From positions 1 through 48,399 of the forward strand of contig JBBSXB010000004.1 in the NCBI GenBank assembly GCA_038046005.1: 48,399 bases of DNA, given 5' to 3'. Source of the DNA: Nanobdellota archaeon. GTDB lineage: Archaea; Nanobdellota; Nanobdellia; Pacearchaeales; GW2011-AR1. The position numbers and the translations under genes were made by a program. Below, piece by piece: positions 47,373 to 48,399 of the stretch; the first letter of the stretch is position 1; each line of letters starts with the position of its first letter. The notes below the pieces were generated by a model that ran no database searches, was not told where the DNA came from, and was given only the letters and a program-made list of their open reading frames with translations.

Positions 47373-48143
47373 TTATTTTGTCCTTATCTCCAAACCGCCA
47401 AGATTTTGATTTATAACATCTAATGATTGTGCTAATGTAGGTCTTAAAATTCGCGCGTTTGGCGCCTCCGGCGCTATCCCAACGAAACGACCACGGTCAT
47501 TGCCAAGACCGCCCGCGCCACCAGCAACAGACCCATAGTCAAGCCTATCGACGCACCACGCTCTAAGCTTTGGCACTTTGCCTAATGAGTCTAAATAAAC
47601 GCCCATATTTGTGTTTGAATTTGTTTGTTTTGCAACCCAAGTTGAGTATTCTTGAAGCAATTTTTCATCTTCTGCAAATTCTGCTGGAACTTCGCTAGGA
47701 TGCCTTGCTAAAATTCTCCAGACTTTGTGGCCAAGTATTTCATCCTGAGTAAGATGACTTTCAGTTTTTCCCAAGTTGCTCATTGCAACCTCAATTCCAT
47801 TTATAGATTGATATTGTTCTGGAGTAAGCTCAATTGCTCCAGAGCTTAATCTTGCATTTGGAGTTATCAGTCCTAAAGCCTTTCTTCCGTTCTCTGTTAT
47901 TTTTTGATTTCTATCAACACTAAAAACGAATTTTGCCTTTCCACTGTCTTTTGAATTGTAAACAATTAAATCAGAACTATCAAAATAATTAGTTTTCCAA
48001 TCAGAGAATGTTGCGCTCTGCCCCATTCTGTAATGCATAAGATTGGCGACGCTCATTGGTATTCTGCCATCTGCTAAAAGCTTTGGCATTGCGTCCACGT
48101 TTCTTCCTTCGTATGTATCAATAGGATTTACTGATAGTTTCAT
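47373..48143 (-). CDS. DGR target protein 2
   Basis: VR near the 3' end; shares GRNV..MPKL.ADGR.P.SV and NMG.YL motifs with target 1. Confidence 0.92.
   Translation of the reverse strand: MKLSVNPIDTYEGRNVDAMPKLLADGRIPMSVANLMHYRMGQSATFSDWKTNYFDSSDLIVYNSKDSGKAKFVFSVDRNQKITENGRKALGLITPNARLSSGAIELTPEQYQSINGIEVAMSNLGKTESHLTQDEILGHKVWRILARHPSEVPAEFAEDEKLLQEYSTWVAKQTNSNTNMGVYLDSLGKVPKLRAWCVDRLDYGSVAGGAGGLGNDRGRFVGIAPEAPNARILRPTLAQSLDVINQNLGGLEIRTK
47462..47474 (-). promoter_or_regulatory. DGR homing hairpin 3' of VR2
   Basis: GCGCC-GGA-GGCGC. Confidence 0.85.
47480..47561 (-). repeat. DGR variable repeat VR2
   Basis: 7 mismatches to TR in 82 nt, all at TR adenines. Confidence 0.95.
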
Positions 48144-48221
48144 TGTAAGAATTCTTAGAAATTAGGATTTATAAATCTTTCTATGTGTTACTACTAAGTA
48201 ATTAAAAAGAGGGGAAGAAAT

Positions 48222-48344
48222 TTACCCTACACTAACATTTTCTCTTAATGAATTATAAAGACTTACACCCTCGCTCGACAATCTGTAGAATTTCTGTTCC
48301 GCAATTTCTAAAGGGCTCTCTTCAAAATATACACCATTATACCT
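48222..48344 (-). pseudogene. 3' fragment of a third wHTH paralog, cut by the terminal element
   Basis: Translates RYNGVYFEESPLEIAEQKFYRLSSEGVSLYNSLRENVSVG*, matching the C-termini of 4241..4555 and 4603..4935. Confidence 0.85.
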
Positions 48345-48398
48345 GTGAACCTCTCCGTAGCAAGCTACGGAGCATCTAGATAAACTCGAATAATTTTA
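48345..48398 (-). mobile_element. Repeated element end (probable IS200/IS605-like right end), copy 2
   Basis: Exact inverted copy of 1..54; interrupts a gene precisely at its TCAC terminus. Confidence 0.6.
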
Positions 48399-48399
48399 G

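Noticed and set aside
1-48399. Whole window as a linear plasmid, virus or giant transposon with terminal inverted repeats
   Set aside because: Content is chromosomal (ribosomal proteins, gltX, dph2, tRNAs) with no replication or capsid genes, and the right repeat cuts a gene. An assembly break at a repeated IS end is simpler, though not proven.

Overview
AT-rich archaeal chromosomal segment, most consistent with a DPANN (Pacearchaeota/Woesearchaeota-like) genome. The archaeal assignment rests on rpl35ae, rpl10e, dph2, an archaeal-type GluRS, class III-signal pilins, a BHB-intron tRNA and TATA-led genes. Layout from left to right: (i) a ~7.4 kb island at the 3' end of tRNA-Gly, bounded by a 12-bp att duplication. 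It holds an integrase remnant, a FliA/WhiG-type sigma70-like gene (unexpected in an archaeon), wHTH paralogs, and three nucleotidyltransferase/HEPN-type toxin-antitoxin-like modules separated by a ~70-90 bp repeat. (ii) A type IV pilus (Tad-like) locus with a KaiC-like ATPase, several pilins and a vWA/LamG adhesin. (iii) tRNA-Val with a 122-nt structured intron. (iv) Housekeeping and hypothetical genes. (v) tRNA-His followed by an intact tyrosine integrase and a diversity-generating retroelement (DGR): one 82-nt template repeat, two tandem target genes with adenine-specific variation and GGA-loop hairpins, and no visible avd. The most striking feature is the DGR reverse transcriptase. It is split by a -1 frameshift at a GC-rich insert carrying A-AAA-AAC, a G9 run and a stem-loop, and it is fused to a C-terminal HTH_40-like domain. 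This suggests a switchable DGR, although a homopolymer sequencing error cannot be excluded. Both window ends are the same 54-bp hairpin-bearing sequence in inverted orientation, probably an IS200/IS605-like end. The right-hand copy truncates a third member of the wHTH paralog family. All product calls come from motif recognition by eye; no database searches were run.
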